DNA of 11,265 nucleotides from a virus (lineage: Duplodnaviria > Heunggongvirae > Uroviricota > Caudoviricetes). Below are positions 1 through 7,190 of this stretch, in pieces. A program made the translations under genes and the position numbers. The stretch lies in the IMG/VR virus record IMGVR_UViG_2541047828_000001; one strand, given 5' to 3'. A model generated the notes under the pieces. The model searched no databases. It was not told the DNA's origin and was given only the letters and a program-made list of their open reading frames with translations. Each line of letters begins with the position of its first letter. The first letter of the stretch is position 1.

Positions 1-170
1 ATGATTTTCTGGTGCGTACCGGGTTGAGAAGCGGTGTAAGTGAACTGCAGTTGCCATGTTTTACGGCAGTGAGAGCAGAGATAGCGCTGATGTCCGGCGG
101 TGCTTTTGCCGTTACGCACCACCCCGTCAGTAGCTGAACAGGAGGGACAGCTGATAGAAACAGAAGCCAC
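1..170 (-). CDS. insA: IS1 InsA protein, N-terminal 56 codons (3' end cut by window edge)
   Basis: Minus-strand translation from the GTG at 168-170 gives [57 protein letters not shown], matching IS1 InsA from memory. It is absent from the ORF track only because it is under 60 codons in the window. Confidence 0.85.
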   Translation of the reverse strand, partial: MASVSISCPSCSATDGVVRNGKSTAGHQRYLCSHCRKTWQLQFTYTASQPGTHQKI

Positions 171-225
171 TGGAGCACCTCAAAAACACCATCATACACT
201 AAATCAGTAAGTTGGCAGCATCACC
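1..225 (-). mobile_element. IS1 insertion sequence, partial (terminal ~225 bp; the rest lies beyond the window start)
   Basis: The reverse complement of 187-225 reads GGTGATGCTGCCAACTTACTGATTTAGTGTATGATGGTG, which I recognise as the IS1 terminal inverted repeat and left arm. The insA reading frame follows. The IS1 terminus is at 225. Confidence 0.85.
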
Positions 226-342
226 CACGCCCTGATGCGCACGGTGAAATGCACCAAAGCCTAAATGAATAATTCTTGGGGCCAGGTTATTACGATCATA
301 AACAGGGAGTGTCGCTTTTGCTGATAACAAATTATTTCCCAT
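226..342 (-). pseudogene. ydfI: 5' fragment (39 codons) of a mannitol-dehydrogenase-family oxidoreductase gene, interrupted by IS1
   Basis: Minus-strand ATG at 340-342, preceded by AAGGAA, translates as [39 protein letters not shown] and then runs straight into the IS1 terminus at 225. [12 protein letters not shown] is the dinucleotide-binding signature of the mannitol/mannonate dehydrogenase family. The gene symbol is inferred from K-12 synteny (ydfI next to ydfJ). Confidence 0.6.
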
Positions 343-390
343 AACAATTCCTTAAATTTAAATATGGCAAGCTATATGTTTTGTTATATG

Positions 391-424
391 AATAAAAATC
401 CCCTCTCCGGTAAGAGAAGGGATT
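391..424 (-). terminator. Intrinsic terminator downstream of ydfJ
   Basis: Inverted repeat AATCCCCTCTCC / GAGAAGGGATT (about a 10-bp stem with one G-U pair) immediately 3' of the ydfJ stop (431-433). On the minus strand it is followed by TTTTTATT. Confidence 0.55.
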
Positions 425-430
425 GAGGGT

Positions 431-1714
431 TTACAGACTTCTGGAAGGTTGCGCAGCTCTTACAACACGCGGTTGATCTTCCGCAGCGTCTTCCAGCGCA
501 CTTAAATCACGGTCTTTCACCTCTGGCATTTTCAGCGCAGAGATTAAACCAATTACTGAATATGCCATGATCATAATGGCGATCGGATACCAGGATTCCG
601 TCATGGTGCAGAAAATACCCGCCAGGATAGGACCAAAACCGGAAGCGATAAGACCACCAATTTCTTTAGAAATAGCCATCCGGGTAAAGCGGTTTTTACA
701 GCCGAACATTTCTGCCATGGTAATGTTTTCCAGAGCAAATAATCCCAGCACCGCACAGTTATGAATCACAATCAGTGCAACCATAATGGTGCTCGGGGCA
801 TAGCTTTTATCTACAATGATAGAAAGCATTGGCCATGCCAGCACAATCGCGGAGGTATTCATAATAATATACGGGATCCGGCGACCAATTTTATCGGATA
901 ACCAACCAAGGAACGGAATGGTCATAAAGCCGAGAATCGAACTAATCATCAATGCATCTGTTGGAATTGCTTTGTTAAACAATAACGTCTGCACTAAATA
1001 GCCTGCAAGGAAAGTCTGAATTAACCCGGAGTTACCCGCCTGACCAAAACGCAGCCCTGTTGCCAGCCAGAAGGATTTGCTCTGGAACATGCTACCAGCA
1101 GGTGCAGGTTTTGCTGTGGGTTGGTTGCTGTCATTAACCTTCTCAAAGACCGGGCTTTCTTTCAGATTCATACGTAACCAGATAGCAAAGACCATCACGA
1201 CAACGCTCGCCAGGAACGGTATACGCCATCCCCACGCCAGCAGTTCCTCTTTACTGAGAATGAAGAACATAAAGGCCCAGATTGCCGTTGCGCTCAAGGT
1301 TCCGCAGTTAGTTCCCATAGCTACAAATGAGGAGATAATTCCGCGCTTACCTTTTGGTGCATATTCCGCCAGCATCGTACCGGCACCGGAAATTTCCGCA
1401 CCTGCACCCAACCCCTGAATAATACGCAGCGTCACCAGCAAGATGGGGGCAAAAACACCAATCTGTGCATAGGTCGGTAACACACCAATTAAGGTGGTAC
1501 AGATCCCCATCATGGTGATGGTAATAAAGAGCACTTTTTTACGCCCTATTCTGTCGCCCATTTTGCCGAAAATAAATGCTCCGACAATACGCGCCACATA
1601 ACCTGCACCGTAGGTTCCCATTGCCAAAATTAACGCCATTGCCGTTGATGATTCAGGAAAAAATATTTCATGAAACACCAACGCTGCGCCGAGCGAATAT
1701 AACTGGAAATCCAT
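431..1714 (-). CDS. ydfJ: MFS transporter (metabolite:H+ symporter-like), 427 codons, lacking the normal N-terminal ~30 residues
   Basis: A 427-aa ORF with multiple hydrophobic segments and MFS-like motifs (GxLxDRxGRKK, GxxAEYAPxxKRG). The product starts MDFQLYSLGAALVFHEIFFP, i.e. inside the conserved (E/D)W(Y/F)DF..LYG motif that normally lies ~25-40 residues into MHS-family transporters. An in-frame TGA lies two codons upstream and there is no Shine-Dalgarno sequence. Confidence 0.8.
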   Translation of the reverse strand: MDFQLYSLGAALVFHEIFFPESSTAMALILAMGTYGAGYVARIVGAFIFGKMGDRIGRKKVLFITITMMGICTTLIGVLPTYAQIGVFAPILLVTLRIIQGLGAGAEISGAGTMLAEYAPKGKRGIISSFVAMGTNCGTLSATAIWAFMFFILSKEELLAWGWRIPFLASVVVMVFAIWLRMNLKESPVFEKVNDSNQPTAKPAPAGSMFQSKSFWLATGLRFGQAGNSGLIQTFLAGYLVQTLLFNKAIPTDALMISSILGFMTIPFLGWLSDKIGRRIPYIIMNTSAIVLAWPMLSIIVDKSYAPSTIMVALIVIHNCAVLGLFALENITMAEMFGCKNRFTRMAISKEIGGLIASGFGPILAGIFCTMTESWYPIAIMIMAYSVIGLISALKMPEVKDRDLSALEDAAEDQPRVVRAAQPSRSL

Positions 1715-2317
1715 AATTCACAGGTGTTTTTTCCCATCCTGTGGTTTCCTTGGCGTTTTCTAGGTTTTTTCAGATAGTTGCATTTTTTAAAAAGCATCCT
1801 AAGTTCGATCTCAGTGTCTATCTGGGGCCTATTTCTGTCCCATATATGCCCCAAAAAAACTCCCCAACAGATAAGTAGTTTTTTCATGGATTTATGCGTA
1901 AAATCAAGAACGGCTGGAAATCATTCAATACTCACACTATCGAAAAATTTACCAGCCAACCGCAGCACGTTCTTGCATAAGGCGTGTCTGCGGTTTTTCA
2001 ACTATTCAGATACATCACTCCCATCACATTCATTCCTCCGCATCAAAGGCATATAGGCTATATCACCTTGATATTTTTCTTTTTCAGATAAAAACTGTTA
2101 TCTATGTATACTTTTAAACCCAATCCGTGTAGAGTCTCTGCATAAGATAGTTTGCAGTTGCCGCTTCAGCTTGCGCCATAAACCGCCTGATTTTTGCTGC
2201 CACCTGTTAGCATTCCTGTATACCTGAAACGACAATGTTTATCTACGAACTTTAAGAACACCCAAGATAAAAATTGTCAACTATATCATATATAACACAT
2301 TACTAATTCGAGGCTAT

Positions 2318-2431
2318 ATGAACAGCATACTGATAATCACATCTCTCCTTATCATATTCAGCATTTTTAGTCATGCCCTAATAAAATTAGGGATTGGCAT
2401 ATCCAATAACCCAGACAAAACCGATGTATAA
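2318..2431 (+). CDS. Hypothetical 37-aa hydrophobic small protein ([37 protein letters not shown])
   Basis: ATG at 2318 with GAGG 4 nt upstream (2310-2313). Residues 3-28 are uniformly hydrophobic and the tail is polar. It ends 68 bp before the ydfK start on the same strand. Not in the ORF track because it is under 60 codons. Coding status is unproven. Confidence 0.3.
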
Positions 2432-2499
2432 GTCAACATATCCTGAATCAGACATACAATATCGCAATGAAAATCAATAATATTTTAAGGAATATCTTC

Positions 2500-2733
2500 A
2501 TGAAATCAAAAGACACCCTAAAGTGGTTCCCTGCGCAGCTTCCTGAAGTAAGAATTATCCTAGGGGATGCTGTAGTGGAAGTAGCAAAACAGGGAAGACC
2601 TATCAATACCAGAACATTGCTTGATTACATTGAAGGAAACATAAAGAAAAAATCATGGCTGGATAACAAAGAATTATTACAAACAGCGATATCAGTTCTT
2701 AAAGACAACCAAAATTTAAATGGCAAAATGTAA
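2500..2733 (+). CDS. ydfK: Small prophage protein of the YdfK/YnaE family (77 aa)
   Basis: ATG at 2500 is preceded by AAGGAA (2487-2492) with a 7-nt spacer. The ORF-track start at 2467 has no SD. The sequence MKSKDTLKWFPAQLPEVRIILGDAVVEVAKQGRPINTRTLLDYIEGNIKK is recognised from memory as the Qin/Rac YdfK/YnaE protein, and it sits between ydfJ and pin as in K-12. Confidence 0.8.
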   Translation: MKSKDTLKWFPAQLPEVRIILGDAVVEVAKQGRPINTRTLLDYIEGNIKKKSWLDNKELLQTAISVLKDNQNLNGKM

Positions 2734-3049
2734 TATAATAAACTTACTTTTTTATCATTTTTCCACTTTAACAACATTTTGCTCCACTTTTCCACGACCA
2801 AACAACTTGAAATCTGGTTAAAATAACACGCAACACTATTCTTCTTCCTTGAGTCCGCCCGGAACTCGAAAAACAAACCGAGTTAAAGCCATTTTTCACA
2901 AAATCGATTTTGGGTCTCACCAAAATTACGGGGTTGCATACGCATTCGTTTATTTTCGAACGTGTACATACAAATATGCACAAAAATAATCATAATTATT
3001 TTCTGAGATGCATTATGATATGAACACCAATTTCGTATAGAGTCTCACT

Positions 3050-3640
3050 ATGTCTCGAATTTTTGCTTACTGTCGGATATCAACGCTGGATCAGACCACC
3101 GAAAATCAACGCCGGGAAATCGAAAGTGCAGGTTTTAAAATCAAACCTCAGCAAATAATCGAAGAACACATTAGCGGCTCAGCAGCAACCAGTGAGCGTC
3201 CTGGTTTTAACCGGTTGCTTGCTCGCCTGAAATGTGGTGATCAATTGATTGTGACAAAACTGGATCGCCTTGGTTGTAATGCAATGGATATCAGGAAAAC
3301 AGTGGAACAACTGACCGAAACAGGTATCAGAGTGCATTGCTTAGCATTGGGTGGCATTGACCTGACCAGTCCAACAGGAAAAATGATGATGCAAGTAATT
3401 TCAGCAGTCGCTGAATTTGAACGAGACCTTTTACTTGAACGCACTCATTCCGGGATAGTAAGAGCCCGCGGCGCAGGGAAACGTTTTGGTCGACCACCTG
3501 TGTTAAATGAAGAACAGAAACAGGTGGTATTCGAACGAATTAAGTCAGGTGTAAGTATAAGTGCCATTGCCCGGGAATTCAAAACCTCGCGGCAAACCAT
3601 TTTAAGAGCCAAAGCAAAACTTCAGACACCTGACATATAA
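3050..3640 (+). CDS. pinQ: Pin-type serine recombinase / DNA invertase (196 aa)
   Basis: N-terminal YCRISTLDQ catalytic-serine motif (Ser11) with resolvase/invertase-fold motifs, and a C-terminal helix-turn-helix ([18 protein letters not shown]). Length and sequence match the Pin invertases of Rac and Qin from memory. The Q suffix is inferred from the ydfJ/ydfK context. Confidence 0.9.
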
Positions 3641-3737
3641 AAAATAATCTCGGTGTGAGATGCTTTACGTCTTCCAAGCCCCCTTCCTTGCCGTAAATGG
3701 AAAGATACATCTAATTATAGAATTTATATGTTTTACC

Positions 3738-3911
3738 CTACGGCAGTGCTGGCCATTCAATATCCGGTACTACTGATGTATTAACACGGTTCAGCAACAC
3801 CCGATACTTTTTCCAGACTTCTAGCAACGAAGTTTCTTCCTCCGTTGCGATTTCCAGCTCAACAACAGTCTGAACGTACCAGGAACAGCCTCCTTCAGGG
3901 CTTGAAGGATA
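3738..3911 (-). pseudogene. tfa: 3' relic of tail fibre assembly gene tfa (last ~45 codons, no start codon)
   Basis: The minus-strand frame continuing straight after the stf stop translates as [57 protein letters not shown]. From LEIAT onward it is near-identical to the C-terminus of lambda Tfa as I recall it ([39 protein letters not shown]). There is no Met or GTG start in this frame. The stop is at 3738-3740. Confidence 0.7.
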
Positions 3912-6900
3912 TCAATGTTCGCTTCCTGTTAACTGCCCGACAAGTGCAACCAGTTCGCTTACCTGATTTTCCAGAGTGCTGATCCGGGTGCCTGCTGTTG
4001 CCAGATTTTGACGTAGCGTTGTGTTTTCCTCTTCCAGCGCGGTAACGCGATCATCTGTTTCACGGGCGACCTGAACAAGTAAGCCCGTCACGGCGGCGTA
4101 GTCAACATTCAGATAACGTGTTTCTTCACGTAATTCATTGCCGTCAACCGTTGGTCCCTGCAACTCTTCACCGTAATGAGTAAACGATCCCACAGCTTCT
4201 GGTATCGCCTCCATTACTTCCTGTGCAATAACGCCAGCATAAGGCATCCCGTTTTCCCTGAGCGTGTAGGTGTATCCGTTCATTTTACGGATTGCTTTCG
4301 TCGCGTCGCTGATAACGAGAATATCGTCTTTAAGGTCGCGGTCTGATGACTGATTCAGCGTTGTGCAATTAATAGCGCCATTTACATCAAACAACTGGCC
4401 TGCTGACGTTTTTTGCGCATAAAACAGATACGCAGCAGACGTTCCAACCTCAAAAAAGTTTTGTCGAGTACTGGAACCCCACACCCTGACAGAAAACGGT
4501 AGTTCTGCATTACCTGAGTTCTGTAAAACAAAACGATTGCCAGTCCCTGATTGTTTTGTAAGGGTTAAATCAACAGTTGAGTTAACCTCATTCCTGTTGA
4601 TAGTGAGCGCCTGCGCTGTAGCCCCGTTAACAGCACCTGTTTTGAGTTGAACCGCGCCGTCATTACCATTTAACAGTATCTCAGCTCCGCTAAAGAAATT
4701 TTTTAGCGACAGCATCTTACTTACGCCGACTGATGAACCCAACGCCCACGCGAGAGAATTACCGGTGCTATCAAACCCACGTACAAAGCAATCCATTTTG
4801 CTATAGTCTGACGTGCTTCCAAGGACATCAATCCGCCCTCCGCCAGATTTTAACGGGTTAGATGTGGTTAATGACCTGACAGCAAGATCGGTGGATGAAT
4901 TTAGATCGTCTACTGTTAGTAATTTCTTCCATTCCTGCGTCGTTCCGTTTTCAACTGTTCTTCCCCAAAAACCGGAATTGCGGCCTCCGAACTGCACAGC
5001 ATAATTTTTACTAAATTGAACATGAATGCCGCCAAGAACCATAGAACCTGCCGGGCCGTTTGTACTGCCTGCGATTGGTCTAAATTTGTCGACGTTATCA
5101 GTATGCTGAGAGTTCCAGTCATGACCTGTTAATGTTGCGATTCCTGAGTTAGCTGTAATTAACCCAGACGCTTTAAGATTTTGCACATCAATTCTGTCGT
5201 TTGCGAAATTATATGCAATTGCGTTACTAACGCTTCCGGCATCATCATAATCGCGTTTCTGAATAAACCAGTCGCCAGCATTAGCAATGAGAGTATAAGT
5301 AGGCGTGTTAGCCGGGCGATCTGTTTCATTAAATCTTATTGCTGGGTTAGCGCTCCTTATTTGTAAAGGTTTTTCAACCGTTGATTTCAGTATCGCACTA
5401 TCTACAATTAAATTACCTTCTGAGTTAAGGTTTAGATATTTTGAAGCACCAGTTGAACCATCGTATGTAAACCTTATTGTTAATTGACCTGGCTCATTTG
5501 ATAAAGTCTCAACATACATATCAGCACCAAGACGCACAGTGCTGTCAGTTGCTAACAGTCTTGTATGGAGAATACCACTAGATGTGTATGTATTGGTCGA
5601 ATCACTATATCTATCAAGAAATAGACTGTTAAGTTGAGGGCTATTACTCCTGCCTAATCCAAGATTCGTTCTGGCACCATCAATAGTTGCCGCACCAGTA
5701 CCACCATGAGAAACATCAAGCGGTATCCATTTTTTTTGTGTGTCGCTGTAACACCCCCATGTTGATCCGGTTAAACCCAGGCGCATGGATTTATCATGGT
5801 TATATAACCATGTTTCGCTACTCCATTGGTCAAGACGGTCCACTTCATTTTTGCGAGCGTGGCGTGTCCATTGCGGGCCTATTGTCGGATTCCAGCGATA
5901 AGTATAAAGCGAGCGCGTAGCCCATCCCTGAAATACACCTGTATACGCTGGTGTTCCATCTACCTGACTAATAAACCCCGTAAGACTGCTTTCACCGGAT
6001 GCAATCGATGGAAAGCCTTTTGCATTACTCATAATGCGCATAAATCCGATATACCCTGATGGGTTGCCGGAAATATCAGGACAATCACGCGGTGCTGAGC
6101 CAAGACCGATATTATCGCCAACAATTAATTGCGCCTGGTTGCGATAATTAAGTGCGTCCGCCGCAGATTTCGCCGCGTTTGTTTCACTGGATTTAGCATT
6201 AGTTTCGCTGGCTTTAGCGTTGGTTTCGCTGCTCTTTGCTGCTGCCTCGCTATTTTTCGCGTTGGTTTCTGATTTTTTGGCTGCTGTCGCGGAGTTTGCC
6301 GATGCAGTTTGTGAGTCTGCTGCCGCCTGTGCGCTGTTATCCGCATTCGTCTCAGACGTTTTTGCGGCCTTCGCGGAATTTCCTGCCGCCGTTGCCGAGG
6401 AAGCTGCACTACTGGCACTTGATGATGCGTTCGTTTCTGATGATTTCGCTGCCTCTTTTGAGGCCGCCGCATCCCGGGCTGAGGTGGCAGCTTCTGACGC
6501 TTTCGTGGTCGCGGTGGATGCAGAAGTAGCTGCAGATTTTTGTGACGCTGCAGCATTCGTTTCTGACGTTTTCGCCGCACCGGCACTGGTGGCTGCCGCG
6601 CTTTTTGAGGACTCTGCAGCGGCAGCACTTTTTAATGCTTCAGTGGCCTTTGTTGATGCCGTTCCTGCGCTGGAAGATGCTGACTGAGCAGATGATGCAG
6701 CCTGTCCGGCTGACGTGCTGGCGGCACGTGCTGAGCCTGCGGCATCGGTTGCATGGGTTGCCGCCTCACAGGCAGATGTGCCGGCATCGCTGGCTGACTT
6801 CTTTGCGGCAGCCGTGTTCTGTGCCACTGCGGACGCGTTATGCGCCACCTCTTCCACCATCAGTTCAAAGCGGCGCAGTGCCTCCGGACGGGCATCATCC

Positions 6901-7184
6901 TCCGTCATGGCACCAAGAAAATCATTCAGCGTACCCGGTTGTGAGTCTTCATACACGGTGATGGTCCCGGCATGCGATGGCGGGAAGCCTTCCACCAACA
7001 GAATAACGCTGTACTGACCGTACTCAACGTCCATGCTGTAACGCCCGGCTTCATCCGGATTTTCTGAGGCCACCGTGTTCACCACCACCGTGGTGCTGTT
7101 ACGTTTTGCTTTCAGCTGGATTGTGCAGTTCTGTACCGGTTTACCTGCACCGTCTTTCAGTACACCTGAAATCTTTACTGCCAT
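3912..7184 (-). CDS. stf: Side tail fibre protein (~1090 aa) with a C-terminal intramolecular chaperone domain
   Basis: The N-terminus MAVKISGVLKDGAGKPVQNCTIQLKAKRNSTTVVVN matches lambda Stf from memory. The likely start is the ATG at 7182-7184 with GGGGTG upstream; the ORF-track start is a GTG two codons earlier. The stop is at 3912-3914. It follows lom in the lambda order J-lom-stf. Confidence 0.9.
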   Translation of the reverse strand: MAVKISGVLKDGAGKPVQNCTIQLKAKRNSTTVVVNTVASENPDEAGRYSMDVEYGQYSVILLVEGFPPSHAGTITVYEDSQPGTLNDFLGAMTEDDARPEALRRFELMVEEVAHNASAVAQNTAAAKKSASDAGTSACEAATHATDAAGSARAASTSAGQAASSAQSASSSAGTASTKATEALKSAAAAESSKSAAATSAGAAKTSETNAAASQKSAATSASTATTKASEAATSARDAAASKEAAKSSETNASSSASSAASSATAAGNSAKAAKTSETNADNSAQAAADSQTASANSATAAKKSETNAKNSEAAAKSSETNAKASETNAKSSETNAAKSAADALNYRNQAQLIVGDNIGLGSAPRDCPDISGNPSGYIGFMRIMSNAKGFPSIASGESSLTGFISQVDGTPAYTGVFQGWATRSLYTYRWNPTIGPQWTRHARKNEVDRLDQWSSETWLYNHDKSMRLGLTGSTWGCYSDTQKKWIPLDVSHGGTGAATIDGARTNLGLGRSNSPQLNSLFLDRYSDSTNTYTSSGILHTRLLATDSTVRLGADMYVETLSNEPGQLTIRFTYDGSTGASKYLNLNSEGNLIVDSAILKSTVEKPLQIRSANPAIRFNETDRPANTPTYTLIANAGDWFIQKRDYDDAGSVSNAIAYNFANDRIDVQNLKASGLITANSGIATLTGHDWNSQHTDNVDKFRPIAGSTNGPAGSMVLGGIHVQFSKNYAVQFGGRNSGFWGRTVENGTTQEWKKLLTVDDLNSSTDLAVRSLTTSNPLKSGGGRIDVLGSTSDYSKMDCFVRGFDSTGNSLAWALGSSVGVSKMLSLKNFFSGAEILLNGNDGAVQLKTGAVNGATAQALTINRNEVNSTVDLTLTKQSGTGNRFVLQNSGNAELPFSVRVWGSSTRQNFFEVGTSAAYLFYAQKTSAGQLFDVNGAINCTTLNQSSDRDLKDDILVISDATKAIRKMNGYTYTLRENGMPYAGVIAQEVMEAIPEAVGSFTHYGEELQGPTVDGNELREETRYLNVDYAAVTGLLVQVARETDDRVTALEEENTTLRQNLATAGTRISTLENQVSELVALVGQLTGSEH
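3915..4346 (-). other. Peptidase S74 / C-terminal intramolecular chaperone domain of stf (last ~144 codons)
   Basis: The C-terminal segment SDRDLKDDILVISDATKAIRKMNGYTYTLRENGMPYAGVIAQEVMEAIPEAVG fits the S74 chaperone signature (S-D-x-R-x-K ... Y ... G-x-IAQEV...P). It is followed by a heptad-like tail (RVTALEEENTTLRQNLATAGTRISTLENQVSELVALVGQL). Confidence 0.75.
6156..6839. repeat. Intragenic imperfect tandem repeats encoding the Ala/Ser/Thr-rich (K)SSETNA repeat region of Stf
   Basis: Protein residues ~118-345 are low-complexity with recurring KSSETNA, KTSETNA and SAATSA units. In the DNA this appears as reiterated gtttc/tttcgctg/gcggc motifs. This is a known feature of lambda-type Stf. Confidence 0.6.
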
Positions 7185-7190
7185 ATTCAC

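Noticed and set aside
1630-1887. 85-codon minus-strand ORF overlapping the ydfJ start in another frame
   Set aside because: Not an independent gene. Its 3' part (..RKRQGNHRMGKNTCELW) is the alternative frame discussed in the ydfJ finding as a possible frameshifted N-terminus; the 5' part has no protein-like features.
1778-2056. 92-codon plus-strand ORF in the ydfJ-ydfK spacer
   Set aside because: No ribosome-binding site, and a Ser/Leu/Phe-rich product with no motif I recognise. Most likely a chance ORF in AT-rich DNA.
2126-2138. 13-mer CGTGTAGAGTCTC shared (12/13) with 3034-3046, just upstream of the pinQ start
   Set aside because: Dozens of 12/13 matches of this length are expected by chance across both strands of an 11-kb window.
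2763-2795. Direct repeats of CCACTTT (2763-2769, 2783-2789) with a third TCCACG at 2790-2795, in the ydfK-pinQ spacer
   Set aside because: Short, few and in AT-rich DNA; possibly a binding-site cluster but indistinguishable from chance by eye.
2871-2882. AAACAAACCGAG, resembling the left half and core of a gix site (..TAAACC-GA-GGTTT..)
   Set aside because: Only one half-site matches; the right half (GTTAAAG) does not give the required GGTTT inverted arm, and no partner site was found. At best a decayed relic.
2899-2912. Perfect 14-bp palindrome CAAAATCGATTTTG, 138 bp upstream of pinQ
   Set aside because: About 0.7 such palindromes are expected by chance in 11 kb. It lacks the AAACC-NN-GGTTT core of Gin/Hin/Pin crossover sites. 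It could be an operator, but I cannot support that from sequence alone.
3660-3773. 37-codon plus-strand ORF between pinQ and stf ([38 protein letters not shown])
   Set aside because: No convincing SD, and it overlaps the antisense of the tfa relic, whose frame is the one supported by homology.
6125-6961. Overlapping ORFs on both strands inside the stf repeat region (6125-6628 minus, 6220-6687 plus, 6236-6529 plus, 6542-6961 plus), and the repeated DNA itself as a possible CRISPR or satellite array
   Set aside because: They are alternative or antisense frames of the Ala/Ser-rich repeat region of Stf, giving poly-Ala/Phe or Arg/Gln/Pro-rich low-complexity products. The DNA repeats are imperfect, short and in phase with the stf frame, with no unique spacers of constant length, so this is not a CRISPR array.
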